From: Trichinella spiralis
Taxonomy: Eukaryota
Direction: 5' to 3'
Length of the DNA stretch: 64,000 nt
Assembly (NCBI RefSeq): GCF_000181795.1
Contig: NW_003526941.1
Location: 6,678,428 to 6,742,427 of the forward strand
A program made the translations under genes and the position numbers. Below the pieces are notes generated by a model that worked only from the letters and a program-made list of their open reading frames with translations, made no database searches and had not been told where the DNA came from. Positions 62,480-64,000 of this stretch are shown here, in pieces (the stretch's first letter is position 1; each line of letters starts with the position of its first letter).

Positions 62480-63900
62480 TTTGTATTATCTATTAGCTTT
62501 GCAAAATGCGGATCAGACCGCCGCTGGCTGACCTCGACAATCGACAGCATTTTTTTTAATGAAAAATTTACATTCATTCTTCAACTCTTCATTTTCCTAT
62601 TCACATTTCATCAAAACTGGACAAACATTTCTTAACGTACCTCTTGAAGAATAATTATTCCTTTTTTTAAAATCAAATCTCTTTTTTGATATAAGCGTTG
62701 TTCACGTTTTTATTTATTTATATGTAAACTTGGATAGTATGAACTTAATTTTTTCAATTCTACGAAACTGCTTTCACTTCTGGCAGCGTAATCAATGACA
62801 ATGATAAGACGGAGGCCAGTATTGTCAGCATTAAAGAAGTACAAACAGTATTGACAAATAGACCATCTTCCCATCAATTTAATCTCTCATATTCACACTT
62901 TGAATGTATACTTTAACTAAAACTGAAACTGAATTGACTATACAAAAAGAATGTTTGTTGTTTATTATTCGTCATTGGTAATTATATTGAATTATGTATG
63001 CTTGACATTTTTTGAAATGCAAAATCAAATAAGCTTTCATAAAACTTCGAATGTTTGAAGGAAATGTATTTGTTTTTTTATGAATGAAATTTATTAATTT
63101 AAAAAGTAAAGAAAACAAATAAAGAAGCATATAATTGCAAATTTTTATCTCGTAAATTGAACGAGCACATCTAAAAAGCAATCTCTGTTACTGTATTGTA
63201 CTTGAGTTGTATTGATCAAGTAGTTTCATTGAGTGTATACGACGTACATGTGTTCAATTCAAGCATTATTTCCCATCACCTTGAATGTTTTGAAAAGTGC
63301 TTGACAGTAGTGACTGGCAGCTGAAAAAGTTGACTTGATATCTTCCACATTGCATTTTCCAGTTTGTAACAGATGCATACAAAAATAAGCATTGTTTTAT
63401 TTTATTGAGAAATTCTTTTCACGCATTCATGTTCTATACGTAAATTTTTAGTTTTTATGATATTAATTTTAAAAGAAAAAACATTTTATTTTATTACAAC
63501 ATCAGTGATTTTTGCTTATTGGTCATTTGTTGGTAGAAAATTGGTCATTCTATTTCATGTCTTGTTATTTTAAGCAGATGAGATTGTAATTATTTAGAAT
63601 ATTTTGCTGCGGCGTTGTTTCCAATGATAGAAGCAGAATGTTTCTCTTTGTTAGCAATGATCGTTGTATGCGTGCTTGATTTCATTCATCTTTGACAAGA
63701 CAGTATAAAATCGGTAATTCTGTGGGGTAACAAAGGGATTTTGCTTAATGGTGAAATCGAGCCGTTTGGTAAACACAATCGCTGGCCAATCAATCAATTG
63801 GTCAATTTGTTGAGCAGGCAGGCAAGCGCAGACTGCAGTTATAAGAAGAATAAGATGCAGCCGAATTCCTTTTTTCACTCATGTACTATTATACTATGTG

Positions 63901-63925
63901 ATATGATATGATATGATATGATATG
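63901..63925. repeat. (ATATG)5 pentanucleotide repeat
   Basis: atatgatatgatatgatatgatatg. Confidence 0.85.
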
Positions 63926-63961
63926 ATACTGTACTATTTGCAGTCAACAATAGAAACAGGA

Positions 63962-64000
63962 AATTTATTTTTTAAAATTTGAATAAGAACAAATTTCTAA
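63962..64000 (+). repeat. Match to contig start 8304-8342 (37/39 nt)
   Basis: aatttattttttaaaatttgaataagaacaaatttctaa versus aatttaatttttaaaatttgaataagaacaaatttgtaa. Confidence 0.85.

Noticed and set aside
63651..63878. 75-aa ORF with a signal-peptide-like N-terminus
   Set aside because: It starts at GTG and the nearby ATG is in another frame with an early stop. Under the corrected contig order it falls in the NK2 gene's likely 3' UTR.
1..64000. Numerous 60-150 aa F/L/I/K/N-rich ORFs in the track; any prokaryote-type systems (CRISPR, operons, IS)
   Set aside because: These ORFs reflect AT-rich intron/intergenic DNA or antisense frames of real exons. The DNA is eukaryotic, and I saw no repeat-spacer array or transposase.

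Overview
AT-rich, intron-containing eukaryotic DNA with TTTCAG-type acceptors and nematode-like protein sequences. My inference is a basal nematode such as Trichinella. The window holds four contigs joined by 10-N gaps. Genes I could reconstruct exon by exon: an NK2.2/vnd/ceh-22-type homeobox gene (-), mitochondrial TIM50 (+), a small two-TM orphan protein (-), alpha-actinin (-, 18 coding exons per isoform), a tandem-C2 synaptotagmin with no visible TM anchor (+), and a single-exon class A neuropeptide GPCR (+). The main biological signal is a splicing switch in alpha-actinin: two 86-nt mutually exclusive CH2/neck exons, one strongly diverged, with seven sense-strand UGCAUG (RBFOX/ASD-1) elements and a CUAACUAAC element nearby, plus a GC-AG intron further downstream. 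The main structural signal is that contig ends overlap each other (1896-5040 matches 48634-51796; 8304-8342 matches 63962-64000). This implies the contigs are scaffolded in the wrong order and the apparent 3.1-kb duplication is probably an artifact. I recognised no tRNA, rRNA, CRISPR array or transposon.
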